Position numbers and translations under genes: made by a program. A stretch of DNA of 64,000 nucleotides from Vicinamibacteria bacterium (GTDB lineage Bacteria; Acidobacteriota; Vicinamibacteria; Marinacidobacterales; Marinacidobacteraceae): contig OY729431.1 of the NCBI GenBank assembly GCA_963422395.1, positions 2,272,001-2,336,000 of the forward strand, given 5' to 3'. The notes under the pieces were generated by a model that was not told the origin of the DNA, did no database searches, and saw nothing but the letters and a program-made list of their open reading frames with translations. This document shows, one piece after another, positions 10,380 to 19,884 of the stretch; position 1 is the stretch's first letter, and every line of letters starts with the position of its first letter.

Positions 10380-10398
10380 GTCCACAGGCTGCTAGACT
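10380..10398 (+). promoter_or_regulatory. Extended -10 promoter (TGcTAGACT) overlapping shared motif GTCCACAGGCTGCTA
   Basis: The 15-mer is identical to 5984-5998. An inverted 12-bp copy lies at 10259-10270. Confidence 0.65.
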
Positions 10399-10436
10399 TG
10401 GAAGCTCTAGAGCCTCGCTTGGCAAGGAGTTCCCCG

Positions 10437-11108
10437 ATGAAGATCTCTCGACTCGTTTTCGCCGTTCTGCTCATGCTCATCGCAGCCGGCAGTTTCGCCG
10501 GGGAGGCGGACACCTCGCTCTCCGGCCTCTATCTGGAAGCACGCACGGCGGATGTCTATGCCGGCCACTGCTTCGCGAACAGCGAGGTCGGCCTGACCGG
10601 CAAAGAAGCAGTGCTCGCGTGGAATGTTTCCGAAGGCGCCTACGAAGGCGTTCCGCTGGCAGGCCTCTCGGTGGTCGCAGTGGTCCGGGCGCAGGCCACT
10701 CTCGGGGATCCGCACGACGACCCCTATCCGGCGGATTCGGTGTTGATCGTGGATGAGAACGCGGACACCGACCAGCGCGCCGCCCTCGTTCAGCTGGCGC
10801 ACGATCTAGGCGGCGAACTCCTCGCAAATGTTCGCTCAGTCCGGGAAGCGCCGATATCCGCCGATTTCGACGACCAGCGGGGGCACGCCTCGCTGACCGC
10901 CGGAGACCTCGTCGAGGTGAGGACGCGGGCACTCAGCCATGAAGACCACCTCTGCGGCAGTGAGTTCGTGTACTACCCGCCGCTGACCGAGATCGCGGAT
11001 GCGGTTCCGGCATATACCGAAGCGCACGCCTTCCGGGGAGACGACTTCAACACCACTTGGAGCTGTCCGCTGAAGCGGAGCGCCTTCCTCGGAACCTTCG
11101 TCCGCTGA
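10437..11108 (+). CDS. Secreted DUF1326-like protein
   Basis: AAGGAG RBS and signal peptide MKISRLVFAVLLMLIAAGSFA. Motifs YLEART.DVY.G.CFANSE, LIVDE.A...QR.AL and H.CG.E..YYPPL. Confidence 0.75.
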   Translation: MKISRLVFAVLLMLIAAGSFAGEADTSLSGLYLEARTADVYAGHCFANSEVGLTGKEAVLAWNVSEGAYEGVPLAGLSVVAVVRAQATLGDPHDDPYPADSVLIVDENADTDQRAALVQLAHDLGGELLANVRSVREAPISADFDDQRGHASLTAGDLVEVRTRALSHEDHLCGSEFVYYPPLTEIADAVPAYTEAHAFRGDDFNTTWSCPLKRSAFLGTFVR

Positions 11109-11142
11109 CGGGAAAAGCATCCGCTCCCGCTCTTCCGCCACC

Positions 11143-11790
11143 ATGCGATTCAGGCGTGTAGCGGCGCTCGCCGGCGCCGCGCTTCTCACTGAAGGTTTCC
11201 CGGCGTTCGCTGCTGATCGACCCACGCTGACTGCCGGGGGCGGCTTGCCGGAGGCGATCTCCGGGGAAGTGCGCGAGGTGCTTCGGTCCGACGGACAGCT
11301 GGTGACGCTCGATTCGGGAACCACCCTCGAGTTCTGGTTCCGCACCGATGAGCCTGTCGAATCGGGCGGCGGAAGCGGGGCCACCTTTCCCGAACTCGGG
11401 GTGGGAACGCTGGTCGGAGCGGTCCGGATCGTCGGAGAGTGGTCCGATTACAAGGGCAACCCGATCGGGTCGGGGGTCTTCACCCTGCGGTACGGGATGC
11501 GGCCCGAAGACGGCAACCACATGGGGGTGTCGGTGCATCTCGACTTCGTGCTGCTGGTGCCAGCCGCAGAAGATCCGACGGTCGAGGTCGCGTGGGGGCA
11601 GCCCGATCTGAACATCATGAGTTTCGGGTCCACCGGCATCGGACATCCCGGGGTGATGAGTCTGGCGCCGAACTACGAAGGAGTCGCCGAACCGACCCTC
11701 TTCGAAGACGACACCGGAGGTTGGGCGCTCGCCTGGCCATGGGAACGCCTGACCCTGGGATTCGTGGTAGAGGGTGAAGGCGAGCACTGA
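11143..11790 (+). CDS. Secreted conserved hypothetical protein
   Basis: Signal peptide. Motifs D(Y)KG..I..G.FTLRY..RP.DGNHMGV and S......HP.VMSL. Confidence 0.8.
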   Translation: MRFRRVAALAGAALLTEGFPAFAADRPTLTAGGGLPEAISGEVREVLRSDGQLVTLDSGTTLEFWFRTDEPVESGGGSGATFPELGVGTLVGAVRIVGEWSDYKGNPIGSGVFTLRYGMRPEDGNHMGVSVHLDFVLLVPAAEDPTVEVAWGQPDLNIMSFGSTGIGHPGVMSLAPNYEGVAEPTLFEDDTGGWALAWPWERLTLGFVVEGEGEH

Positions 11791-12602
11791 CGACTTCGCC
11801 GGACGGGCTGCTGCGGTCCTCCTGCCGGGTCGCGGGTCTCCTGCTGGCTGCCGGCGAATCGAGGCGGATGGGGCGTACCAAAGCGCTCCTGCCCCACCCT
11901 GACGGCTCTGGCAGGTCCCTCGTCCTCGCTGCCGCGGAGACGCTGCTCGCCGCCGGGGCCGCCCCGCTGGTGGTCGTCGTTGGTCATGCGCGGCGCGCGG
12001 TCCTTTCCGAACTGCACGGAGTCGGCGAAGCGATCCAGCCGGTGGCAAACCCAGCTTGGCGGAGCGGCGGAATGCTCTCCTCGCTGAAGGCGGGAATCCA
12101 TGCGTTGCCGCAAACGGGAGGGAGCGCCTGGACGCTCGTCGCCCCGGTGGACCAGCCCTTCCTCTCTACGGACCTGATCCGGCGGCTGCTGGCCCGCGCC
12201 TGCGATCCGGAGGGGGCGGCAGCGGGTGGTTCGAAAGGAGCCGCTCCGAAAGCCGTGGTTCCGGCGACGCCGGAGATGCAGCGCGCCGGAGTATGGGGTC
12301 TGCCGGTTCTGCTGTCGCACCAGCTGTTCCCCGAGATCCTCGCGGAATCCCCGCCGCCAGGAACAGCGGGCGCGGATCGGGGTGCCCGCCGGGTGCTCCG
12401 ACGCTTCCGGACAGAGATCGCACTCACCCCAGCGAGCCCCCAGGAACTCCTGGACCTGGACACGCTCGCCGACTACCGCAACCTGACCGACGCCTTGAAA
12501 AAGGCGCCGAAAGGCGTTCCCTCTGGCCGCCTCGTCGCTCGACAGATCGAAAAGCCCCTGTCGGAGCCCAACCTGTCGGAGTCCGACATCTCGGCTGGGT
12601 GA
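11787..12602 (+). CDS. MocA/YgfJ-like nucleotidyltransferase (molybdenum cofactor cytidylyltransferase family)
   Basis: In-frame GLLLAAGESRRMG..KALL lies upstream of ATG 11868. Also GMLSSL, PVDQP, DRGAR and DLDT..DY. No ATG/GTG/TTG precedes the motif, so CTG 11787 (overlapping the upstream TGA) is proposed as start. Confidence 0.85.
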   Translation: MTTSPDGLLRSSCRVAGLLLAAGESRRMGRTKALLPHPDGSGRSLVLAAAETLLAAGAAPLVVVVGHARRAVLSELHGVGEAIQPVANPAWRSGGMLSSLKAGIHALPQTGGSAWTLVAPVDQPFLSTDLIRRLLARACDPEGAAAGGSKGAAPKAVVPATPEMQRAGVWGLPVLLSHQLFPEILAESPPPGTAGADRGARRVLRRFRTEIALTPASPQELLDLDTLADYRNLTDALKKAPKGVPSGRLVARQIEKPLSEPNLSESDISAG

Positions 12603-12627
12603 CCTGAGCCTCTCTTCCGCATCGACC

Positions 12628-13344
12628 ATGCCCCTCCTGCACGAGCCGCTGCCGCACCTCGCAGCGCTGGGGCTCAGCTGCGGCTGGGTAGGCGCGGTGG
12701 TCGCGGGCGCGGAGCTGCTGCGGCGGAGCGGGTCGTGCTCGGCGGAGACGGCGCGGAAGATCATCCACGCGGGAGTGGGGGTCTGGGCGGTCCCGGCGGT
12801 ACTGCTGTTTTCCGACTGGCGCGTTGCGATCCTCCCCCCGCTCGCCGCGGCGGCGGCGAATTTCGTGATCCACCGCTTCCGACTGCTCCCGTCGTCGATC
12901 GACGACCCCACCAATCTGGGAACTGTGTTCTTTCCCCTCTCCTTCGCGGGACTGCTCGCTGTCTTCTTCCGCCCGGGAGAGCCCGACGATCTCGGCTTCG
13001 TGGCGGTTGCCGGCCTGCTGACGATGGCGCTCGGGGACGCAGCGGCAGCAATCTGCGGGAAGAGGTTCGGAACCCGGGGCTACACCGTCCTCGGACATCG
13101 CCGAACGATGGAGGGAAGCCTCGCCCTGTTCCTCACTTCGGCCGCAGCCATCGCGGTCGTCCTGCACACCATGGCGGGATTCAGCTGGCACCCCGCGGTC
13201 GCCTTCGGGCTGGTTACCGGGACGGTAGCGGCCGGCATCGAAGCGGTGTGCCCCTTCGGGAGCGACAACCTGTTCGTGCCGCTAGGCGCCGCCGGGGTCT
13301 TGTGGCTGCTTCTACGGGTCAGCGGAGCTGCTCTCGGCCTCTGA
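12628..13344 (+). CDS. Phytol/dolichol/diacylglycerol kinase-like membrane protein (CTP-dependent kinase family)
   Basis: Motifs RKIIH, GD..AA..G..FG, RTMEGS and DNL.VP, with multiple TM segments. Confidence 0.85.
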   Translation: MPLLHEPLPHLAALGLSCGWVGAVVAGAELLRRSGSCSAETARKIIHAGVGVWAVPAVLLFSDWRVAILPPLAAAAANFVIHRFRLLPSSIDDPTNLGTVFFPLSFAGLLAVFFRPGEPDDLGFVAVAGLLTMALGDAAAAICGKRFGTRGYTVLGHRRTMEGSLALFLTSAAAIAVVLHTMAGFSWHPAVAFGLVTGTVAAGIEAVCPFGSDNLFVPLGAAGVLWLLLRVSGAALGL

Positions 13345-14097
13345 CTCCGGATTCGTTCGGAAGCTGGTGTCCGCCAAATAGCGGACGAGCCACTGTTCCG
13401 TACCCCGCACGACACCAGCGAGCTTTGCCATGATCTCCTGTGCCCCCTGCGGGCCGAGTGCGCGTGCCAGCGGCGACCCCTGGTCGAGCGCGGCGAAGTT
13501 CCCTACCTGGAAGAAGTGGATGTATCCACTCTCCCCGCCGAGCGTCAGCGCACCGGAAGTGTGGTGCATCGCAGCCGCCTCGAAATGCGGCAGCACCTCC
13601 TCGGCCATCACCCGCAGATAGTCCTGTTCCCGACCGGGAGTTACGGAGACCACCTGGACCATCGTCAGGTCCGGCTCTTCGTCGTCGGGGAGCGGATTGT
13701 CGAGATCCGGCGTCGTCCGGAGCGCGAAGGTAGTGCGGCTGGTAACGACACGCCGGAGTCGGCTCCGGAGGCTCGAACGCGCGGCATCGGTCTCGGGGGC
13801 CTGGTCGAAGCGCGCAAAGTCGGCGAGCGGAGTCATGACCAGGAAGCGATAGGTGTCGCCGAACACCGCGGTCCGGCTGACGCTGCGCCAGGGAACGCCC
13901 GCCTTTCGGTCGAGAGCCGACAACTCGCGCTGCGCCGCCAGGAATTCGTCCACGCGGTCTGGATCGACCCCGATCATGGTCATTTCGATCCAGGGGGACG
14001 ACTCCCGGGCCGGAGCCGCCGCTTGCCGGGCGCCCGTCAGAGGAAGCGCCACCAACACCCAAAGCCCTGCTCTGCACCAGGGTTTCGGGCTCAGCAT
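13312..14097 (-). CDS. Secreted hypothetical protein with two internally repeated alpha/beta (NIPSNAP-like) halves
   Basis: Signal peptide. The two halves share V.P.R..(E/D)(F/Y)L ... (D/N)FA.(F/L)DQ. The start overlaps the ankyrin gene stop. Confidence 0.7.
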   Translation of the reverse strand: MLSPKPWCRAGLWVLVALPLTGARQAAAPARESSPWIEMTMIGVDPDRVDEFLAAQRELSALDRKAGVPWRSVSRTAVFGDTYRFLVMTPLADFARFDQAPETDAARSSLRSRLRRVVTSRTTFALRTTPDLDNPLPDDEEPDLTMVQVVSVTPGREQDYLRVMAEEVLPHFEAAAMHHTSGALTLGGESGYIHFFQVGNFAALDQGSPLARALGPQGAQEIMAKLAGVVRGTEQWLVRYLADTSFRTNPESEAESSSADP

Positions 14098-15974
14098 GAC
14101 ACGCAGTTGTGGTTGTTCTTCGAACCCAGGCTCTCCAGCAGCGCAACGGTTACGGGAATCGGCGACACTCGCTGTACCGGGCCATTCGCCATGTCCGCGG
14201 TCGTCTGACCGCGCCGACTCACGGCGGTGACATCGCCTCCCTGCCCGACCAGATAGAGGATGAGTTCGTCGTCACCGCGCGCCGCCGCGTGATGGATCGC
14301 GTTGTAGCCGTTGTGATCCCGCTGGTTCACCGAGGCGCCCAGCTCGACGAGGTACTCGACGGTTGCCAGCCAGGCATCCGGTGCATGCCGGTGCGCATTC
14401 CCCGCGAAGCCCTCGCCGTAACCCACGCCGGAGGCGGCGTGGATCGGATATACCCCAGGATCCCCAGCCGCGTACGGCGGCAAGCCGGACGGATCAGGCC
14501 CCATCGTCGTGAGGTCCGTGGCCATCCACAGGCCGGGTGCCGCCGGAAGCACGGACAGGGAACTCGACCCCTCTTCGTTCCGAGCCGTGGTACCGCCTCG
14601 GTTACGGCGCGGCTCGGGCGCCTCGGTCGGAATATCGGGATCGGCCCCGTACTCGACCAGCAGGCGCATCGCCGGCAAGTCGGTCGCATATGCGGCCCGC
14701 CAGAAGGCGGTCGCGCCCGCAGTGTCCACGAGGCCGCAGTTTCGGTTGCCGCAGCCGCTATAGACCATGTACCAAGGATGTTTCTCGATCCGGGCATTCG
14801 GATCCGCGCCCGCATCGAGCAGCGCCCGCATGACCTCCAGATAGGTCGACTGCTGCGAGCCGCGCTCTTGCGGCTGCGGAAACCGGGTGCGCGGCTGCCA
14901 CTCGGCGTTGATGGCCGCCCAAAGCGGCGCCACGCCATTCGCGTCGGACGCGATATTCGGATCGGCGCCGCGCTCGAGGAGAAGCAGCGCCAGGTCGAAC
15001 TGCCCGTTGATGGTGGCCATCAGCAACGCGCTGGTGCCGTCGGCTGCCGAAACCCGATCGATGTCGGCACCGCCGTCGAGGAGCGCCGCCGCCGCCTCGG
15101 CGTACCCCTGTCGGGCCGCGTGCAGCAACGCCGTCAGCCCGCCCTTCGCTTCCACCTGCGGACGAAAGAACCGGCTGCGTTCGTCCTCTTCTTCGCCGTC
15201 GGCTGCCGGAACCTCCTCGGACAGGTAGAAATCTCGCGCCGCCAGCACCGCGGCCTGCACCTGGGTCGGCGTCGGCTTGGTTCCTCCCGCCGAAAACGCC
15301 GTCAGTACGCTGCGCTGGCGCTTCTGGGCAGCCGTCGCCCGCTGGTAGTCGGCCAGCAGATCCACCGTCTTCGAAGGGATGTCCGGATCCGCTCCGCGTT
15401 CCAGCAGCGTGCGGACCGCATCCACCCGGTCGCGCGCCGCGGCGAAGATCAAGGGGGTCTGCCCCCAGGTCTTCTCCCGTGCTTCTACTGCAGCCCCGTG
15501 GTTGAGCAGCGCCGTGATCGCCGCGACCGCCCCGGAAGCGGCAGCGAGATGCAGCGGAGTCACTCCGCTCGTGCTCGTCACGGCAGCCGGGTCGGCCCCC
15601 GCCCCGAGCAGCAGCCCGACGACCTCCGCTTGGCCGGCCGCGCTCGCTACATGGAGCGGCGTGTAGTGCCCGATCCGGGTCACCGCATCCACCGGAGCCC
15701 CGGCCTGGATCAGCGCTTCGGACAGCTCCGGATCGCCCCGTTCGGCGGCCCAGTGCAGGGCCGACATGCCGTCACCGTGTGCAGCGCTCGCATCTTCACC
15801 CCGAGCGAGAAGCGCCCGGACCGCCGCGAGGTCACCGAGGCGCGCGGCGTCGGCCACCGGCGCCGCGGTGGGCGGCGCCGCAATTCCGGCGCCGACGAGG
15901 AGCAGCGCCGCCGCGGCGACGCCCAATAGCCCCTGGACGAATCGGCGTGAGCGCCGAGACCGGCCTGATCGCAT
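14091..15974 (-). CDS. Secreted ankyrin-repeat protein
   Basis: Many ankyrin repeats (G.TPLH.AA, G.SALHWAA, G.TALL.A). ATG 15974 with AAGGAGG RBS and signal peptide. C-terminus ends in CVSC. Confidence 0.9.
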   Translation of the reverse strand: MRSGRSRRSRRFVQGLLGVAAAALLLVGAGIAAPPTAAPVADAARLGDLAAVRALLARGEDASAAHGDGMSALHWAAERGDPELSEALIQAGAPVDAVTRIGHYTPLHVASAAGQAEVVGLLLGAGADPAAVTSTSGVTPLHLAAASGAVAAITALLNHGAAVEAREKTWGQTPLIFAAARDRVDAVRTLLERGADPDIPSKTVDLLADYQRATAAQKRQRSVLTAFSAGGTKPTPTQVQAAVLAARDFYLSEEVPAADGEEEDERSRFFRPQVEAKGGLTALLHAARQGYAEAAAALLDGGADIDRVSAADGTSALLMATINGQFDLALLLLERGADPNIASDANGVAPLWAAINAEWQPRTRFPQPQERGSQQSTYLEVMRALLDAGADPNARIEKHPWYMVYSGCGNRNCGLVDTAGATAFWRAAYATDLPAMRLLVEYGADPDIPTEAPEPRRNRGGTTARNEEGSSSLSVLPAAPGLWMATDLTTMGPDPSGLPPYAAGDPGVYPIHAASGVGYGEGFAGNAHRHAPDAWLATVEYLVELGASVNQRDHNGYNAIHHAAARGDDELILYLVGQGGDVTAVSRRGQTTADMANGPVQRVSPIPVTVALLESLGSKNNHNCVSC

Positions 15975-16026
15975 GGACCTGTCCTCCTTGCCCGACCGCT
16001 GGTCGGCGTCCTCCAATCGGTTTCTC

Positions 16027-17436
16027 CTAATCGGTATCCATCGCCGGTGCCGACAAGGCGAGAGTGCCGGTGCTGTCGCCGAAGGAATCCAGCTCGAGGC
16101 CCAGCGACTGCACCAGCGCGAGCAGCGCATTCGCCATGGGAGTCCCGTCCGGCGCCTTCACATGCAGATTGCCGGCGAGATGGCCGCCCGCTCTGCCCAG
16201 CAGGATCAGCGGACAGCGCCGGTGGTTGTGGATGTTGGCGTCGGCCATCGGCGAGCCCCAGAGGATCGCCGTCTTGTCGAGCAGCGAAACGCCGCCCTCC
16301 ATGGTGTTTTGCAGCCGATCGAGGAAATAGGGGAGCTGAGCCACCCGGTACTGACAGATCCGGTTGAAGTCCATGATCCGCTCTTCGTCGTTCCCGTGGT
16401 GCGAGGCGGGGTGGAAGGGCCGGTTGGTGCCGCTCTCCGGGAACGAGCGATTCTGGGCATCGCGCCCGGTCTTGAACGAGATCACCCGGGTCATGTCGGT
16501 CTCCATCGCCAGCACCTGGAGGTCGAACATGAGTTGCATGTGCTCCGAAAAGGAGTCCGGCACGCCGGGCGGGGCGTCGGGCAGCGCGCGCGGCTCGCCG
16601 CCGTCGTTGCGGCCTTCGACCAGTTGGATGCGCCGCTCGACCTCGCGGACATCGTCGAGGTAGCGGCCGATGCGGAGGCGGTCCGCGCTGCCCAACTCCT
16701 TTTCGACCTCGGCCACATCGCTGAGGATCCAGTCCAGGATGCCGCGCCGCGTTGCCCGGCGCTCGGCGCGTTCCTCGGCAGTGCTGCCCGCCCCGAACAG
16801 CATCTCGAATGCCACGCGCGGGTCGCGGATCATCGGCAGCGGCTCGCTGGGCGACGACCAGCTGATCGAGTCGGTGTAGGCGCACGAATAGTTGTAGGTG
16901 CAGCCGCCGGCCTGATCGAGATTCTCGATGCAGAGCTGCAGCGACGGCATCGGCGTGGACTGGCCGAACCTCTGCGCATAGAGCTGGTCGAGCGAGGTGC
17001 CGACCCACAGGTCGGAACCCTGGGTCTGCTTCGGGTGGGACTGCGTCAGGAAGACCGAGGACGACCGGAAGTGGTCCCCGCCGATCTCCGGCGGGCTGAG
17101 CGCCTCGGCCATTCGGACATCGGTGTTGCTGACGATGGTCAGGTAGTCGCGGAACGGCTCCAGCGGTTTCAGCGCGTTGTCGGGCAGCAGCTCGAAATCG
17201 CGCCCCACCGCGGCCGGCGCGAACAGGTGCCGGCTGGCGCCCCACTCGTTGCAGCCGGGCAGGCCGTGCACCTCTTCGATGCAGACCAGGCGCGTCAGGT
17301 CCGGCGACGCCGCGGCGAGGCCGCGGCCCGAACGGCCCGCCGGGATCATCGCGTCGAGAAACGGGAGGGCGACAGAGGCGCCCGCGCCGCGCAGGAAGGT
17401 CCGGCGAGGCAGGTGCTTTCCGGTCAGGAAGGACAT
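16027..17436 (-). CDS. DUF1552 (HXXSHH) domain protein with Tat-like signal
   Basis: N-terminus RRTFLRGAGASVALPFLDAM and motif FHPASHH. Confidence 0.92.
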   Translation of the reverse strand: MSFLTGKHLPRRTFLRGAGASVALPFLDAMIPAGRSGRGLAAASPDLTRLVCIEEVHGLPGCNEWGASRHLFAPAAVGRDFELLPDNALKPLEPFRDYLTIVSNTDVRMAEALSPPEIGGDHFRSSSVFLTQSHPKQTQGSDLWVGTSLDQLYAQRFGQSTPMPSLQLCIENLDQAGGCTYNYSCAYTDSISWSSPSEPLPMIRDPRVAFEMLFGAGSTAEERAERRATRRGILDWILSDVAEVEKELGSADRLRIGRYLDDVREVERRIQLVEGRNDGGEPRALPDAPPGVPDSFSEHMQLMFDLQVLAMETDMTRVISFKTGRDAQNRSFPESGTNRPFHPASHHGNDEERIMDFNRICQYRVAQLPYFLDRLQNTMEGGVSLLDKTAILWGSPMADANIHNHRRCPLILLGRAGGHLAGNLHVKAPDGTPMANALLALVQSLGLELDSFGDSTGTLALSAPAMDTD

Positions 17437-17475
17437 GATGTTCTCCTCATTTTCCCTTTGCTCGGGGCTTCTCGT

Positions 17476-19884
17476 TCAGCTGCCCCGTTTGCGCTGGAAG
17501 GCGTCGCTTCGGACCACCCCCATGATGAAGGAAGCCATCCGGTAGTCGTTGGCCTCGGCCGCTCGGGTGATACTGCGGACCGTCGGCTGGTCGAAGGGTT
17601 CGACCCGCCGCCCGACCGCAAACGCCAGCAGGTTCTCGGTGAAGGTGCGCACCAGCGGAATCGGCCGCACCAAAAGGGCGTCCACCAGCTCGGCCGGCGT
17701 GGAAACCGGAGTGCCGTCGTAGAAGTCGCCCCGGGTATCCAGCGGGCCGCCGTTCTCGCGTAGGCGCCAGTTGCCGGTCACATCGAAGTTGTCGAGGGCC
17801 AGGCCGATCGGGTCGATCAACCGGTGACAGGAATTGCAGCTGGGGTTGGCGGCATGCGCTTCCAGCCGCTCGCGGGTGGTCAGCCGCCGGCCGTCCTTCA
17901 CCCCTTCCGTGTCCTCCAGGGCCGGGATGTCGGGAGGGGGCGGGGGCGGAGGCGTGCCCAGCAACACCTCCATGACCCATTTGCCGCGCAGTACCGGCGA
18001 AGTGCGGTTGGCGAGCGAGGTGAGCACCAAAATGCTGCCGTGGCCGAGGATGCCGCGGCGGCTGTCGTCGGGGTAGCGGACCCGGCGGAAGTGCCGTCCG
18101 GCCACTCCTGGCAACCCGTAGTGCCGCGCGAGCCGCTCGTTGACGAAGGTGTAGTCGGCCCGATAGAGGTCGAGCAGACTGCGGTCCCGCTCCACGAGGT
18201 CGGCGAAGAACAGTTCGGTCTCGCGGCGCATCGCCCGCGCGAGGTTCTCGTCGTAGTTCGGGAAGAAGTTGGGATCCGGCCGGACCTTGTCCATGTCCTG
18301 CAGCCGGAACCACTGCGCGGCGAAGCGGCGGCCCAGCGCCGCCGCGCGCGGGTCGGCGAGCATTCGCAGCGCCTGCCGATCCAGCTCGTCCGGCGTCAGG
18401 GCGCCCTCGTCCGCCAGCGTCTGGAGCTCGTCGTCCGGCGGCGTTCCCCAAAGGAAGAACGAGAGGCGCGAGGCGATGTCCGGGCCTTGCAGCCGGTAGC
18501 CTCGTTCCGCCGCCGCGGTCTCGAGGTCCGGCGGTTCGCGTTCGAGCCGCAGCACGAAGTGCGGACTCGCCAGCAATGCCTCGAGCGCCGTCCGCACGCC
18601 GACTTCGAAGCCTCCCGCAGCGGCTCCCTCATCGAAGAACCCCAGCAGATCTTCGACCTCGCGTTCGCTGAGGGCCCGCCGGTAGGCCTCGCGGCCGAGG
18701 CGCGCGAGGATCCGGCCGGCGCATGGGCGCGCCTCTCCGGGAGTCGTCGGTCGACAACTGAAGATGCGCCGCCGGCTCGGCGTATCCGACAACCCCGTCG
18801 AATCGTAGGGGCCGCTGATGATGACATCGCGGATGTGCGGCAGGGTGGTGATGCCCGCACCACCCGATCCGCCCCCGGCATAGGACCAGTCGTGGGGGCG
18901 GATCAGGTCCTCGTAGGGTCCGTCGTGCCGCCGGACGAACGCGGCCGCCACCCGGTGGGCGCCGGCCCGGACGAAGATCCGCGGGGTCGCGGTGACCGCG
19001 CCTCCCCGGCCATCGGCGCCGACCTGCCGGTCGGTGTCGTAGTGCAGCAGAGCGACCCGCTCGCCGTCGATCGAGACATCGATGTCCTCGATGCGGGTGT
19101 TGGCCCCGGAGGTGAAGGTCAACCCGAAGAGGTATTCGGCGTCGGCCGGGAACACATGGTCCACCACCAGACCGCCGCGGGTGCCGTACGGCGCACCCTC
19201 GATCGGGTCCCACGGGTGCTGCGAGAGGTACTCCGAGTTGCTGTAGGTGTGATCCACGGGCTTGCCGAGGCGCTCACCGACCGCAAGGCGGCTGATGGCG
19301 CTCGCCGCGTTCAGATACGCCTCGAGCAGGGTGGCCGAAAGCGTCTGGGCATCGGCGATGTTGTCGAAATTGGCGCTCACCGGATCGAGCGGCAGCCAGT
19401 CTCCCGCATCCACCTCGAGACCCAGCAGGTCGCGAATGGACTGCTCGTACTCCGCGCGGTTGAGGCGCTGGAAGGGCCTGCTGCCGGGGTCGGGAGTCAG
19501 CTCGGCGGCCTCGTCGAGACGGGACTCCAGGGTCTCGACCAGGGTCAGCAGCGCGTCGCTGCCCGGGGGACGAGTGCCGGGCGGCGGCATCATGCCGGCG
19601 CGCAGCTTCCGGACCATCTCCTCGGCGACATCGGCGTTCTCGGCCGCGCGCGTCACATCGAACCCCTGGAGCGACAGGTTGCCGCTCAGCATCCGATCGT
19701 TGTGGCACATCACACAGGTACTGCTCACGACGCGGTTGGCCTGGGCGTCCGTCGGCGTGGTCGGCGCGGCCCGCCGGGCCTCGGCGCCGAGGGCGAGACC
19801 CGCAGCCCCGGTATGGAGGAGAGCGGCGCCTACCACCAAGACGATGGCGCCGAGCATTCGCTCGGTTCCGGTTCGTACCCTCAT
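17476..19884 (-). CDS. DUF1592/1588/1587/1585/1595 domain protein with N-terminal cytochrome c motif
   Basis: CVMCH near the N-terminus. Motifs RLNRAEY..SIRDLL, ASRLSFFLW..PPD.EL, RTSPVLRGKW, CNSCH..IDPIG and GL.LDNFD. Start probably ATG 19884. Confidence 0.92.
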   Translation of the reverse strand: MRVRTGTERMLGAIVLVVGAALLHTGAAGLALGAEARRAAPTTPTDAQANRVVSSTCVMCHNDRMLSGNLSLQGFDVTRAAENADVAEEMVRKLRAGMMPPPGTRPPGSDALLTLVETLESRLDEAAELTPDPGSRPFQRLNRAEYEQSIRDLLGLEVDAGDWLPLDPVSANFDNIADAQTLSATLLEAYLNAASAISRLAVGERLGKPVDHTYSNSEYLSQHPWDPIEGAPYGTRGGLVVDHVFPADAEYLFGLTFTSGANTRIEDIDVSIDGERVALLHYDTDRQVGADGRGGAVTATPRIFVRAGAHRVAAAFVRRHDGPYEDLIRPHDWSYAGGGSGGAGITTLPHIRDVIISGPYDSTGLSDTPSRRRIFSCRPTTPGEARPCAGRILARLGREAYRRALSEREVEDLLGFFDEGAAAGGFEVGVRTALEALLASPHFVLRLEREPPDLETAAAERGYRLQGPDIASRLSFFLWGTPPDDELQTLADEGALTPDELDRQALRMLADPRAAALGRRFAAQWFRLQDMDKVRPDPNFFPNYDENLARAMRRETELFFADLVERDRSLLDLYRADYTFVNERLARHYGLPGVAGRHFRRVRYPDDSRRGILGHGSILVLTSLANRTSPVLRGKWVMEVLLGTPPPPPPPDIPALEDTEGVKDGRRLTTRERLEAHAANPSCNSCHRLIDPIGLALDNFDVTGNWRLRENGGPLDTRGDFYDGTPVSTPAELVDALLVRPIPLVRTFTENLLAFAVGRRVEPFDQPTVRSITRAAEANDYRMASFIMGVVRSDAFQRKRGS

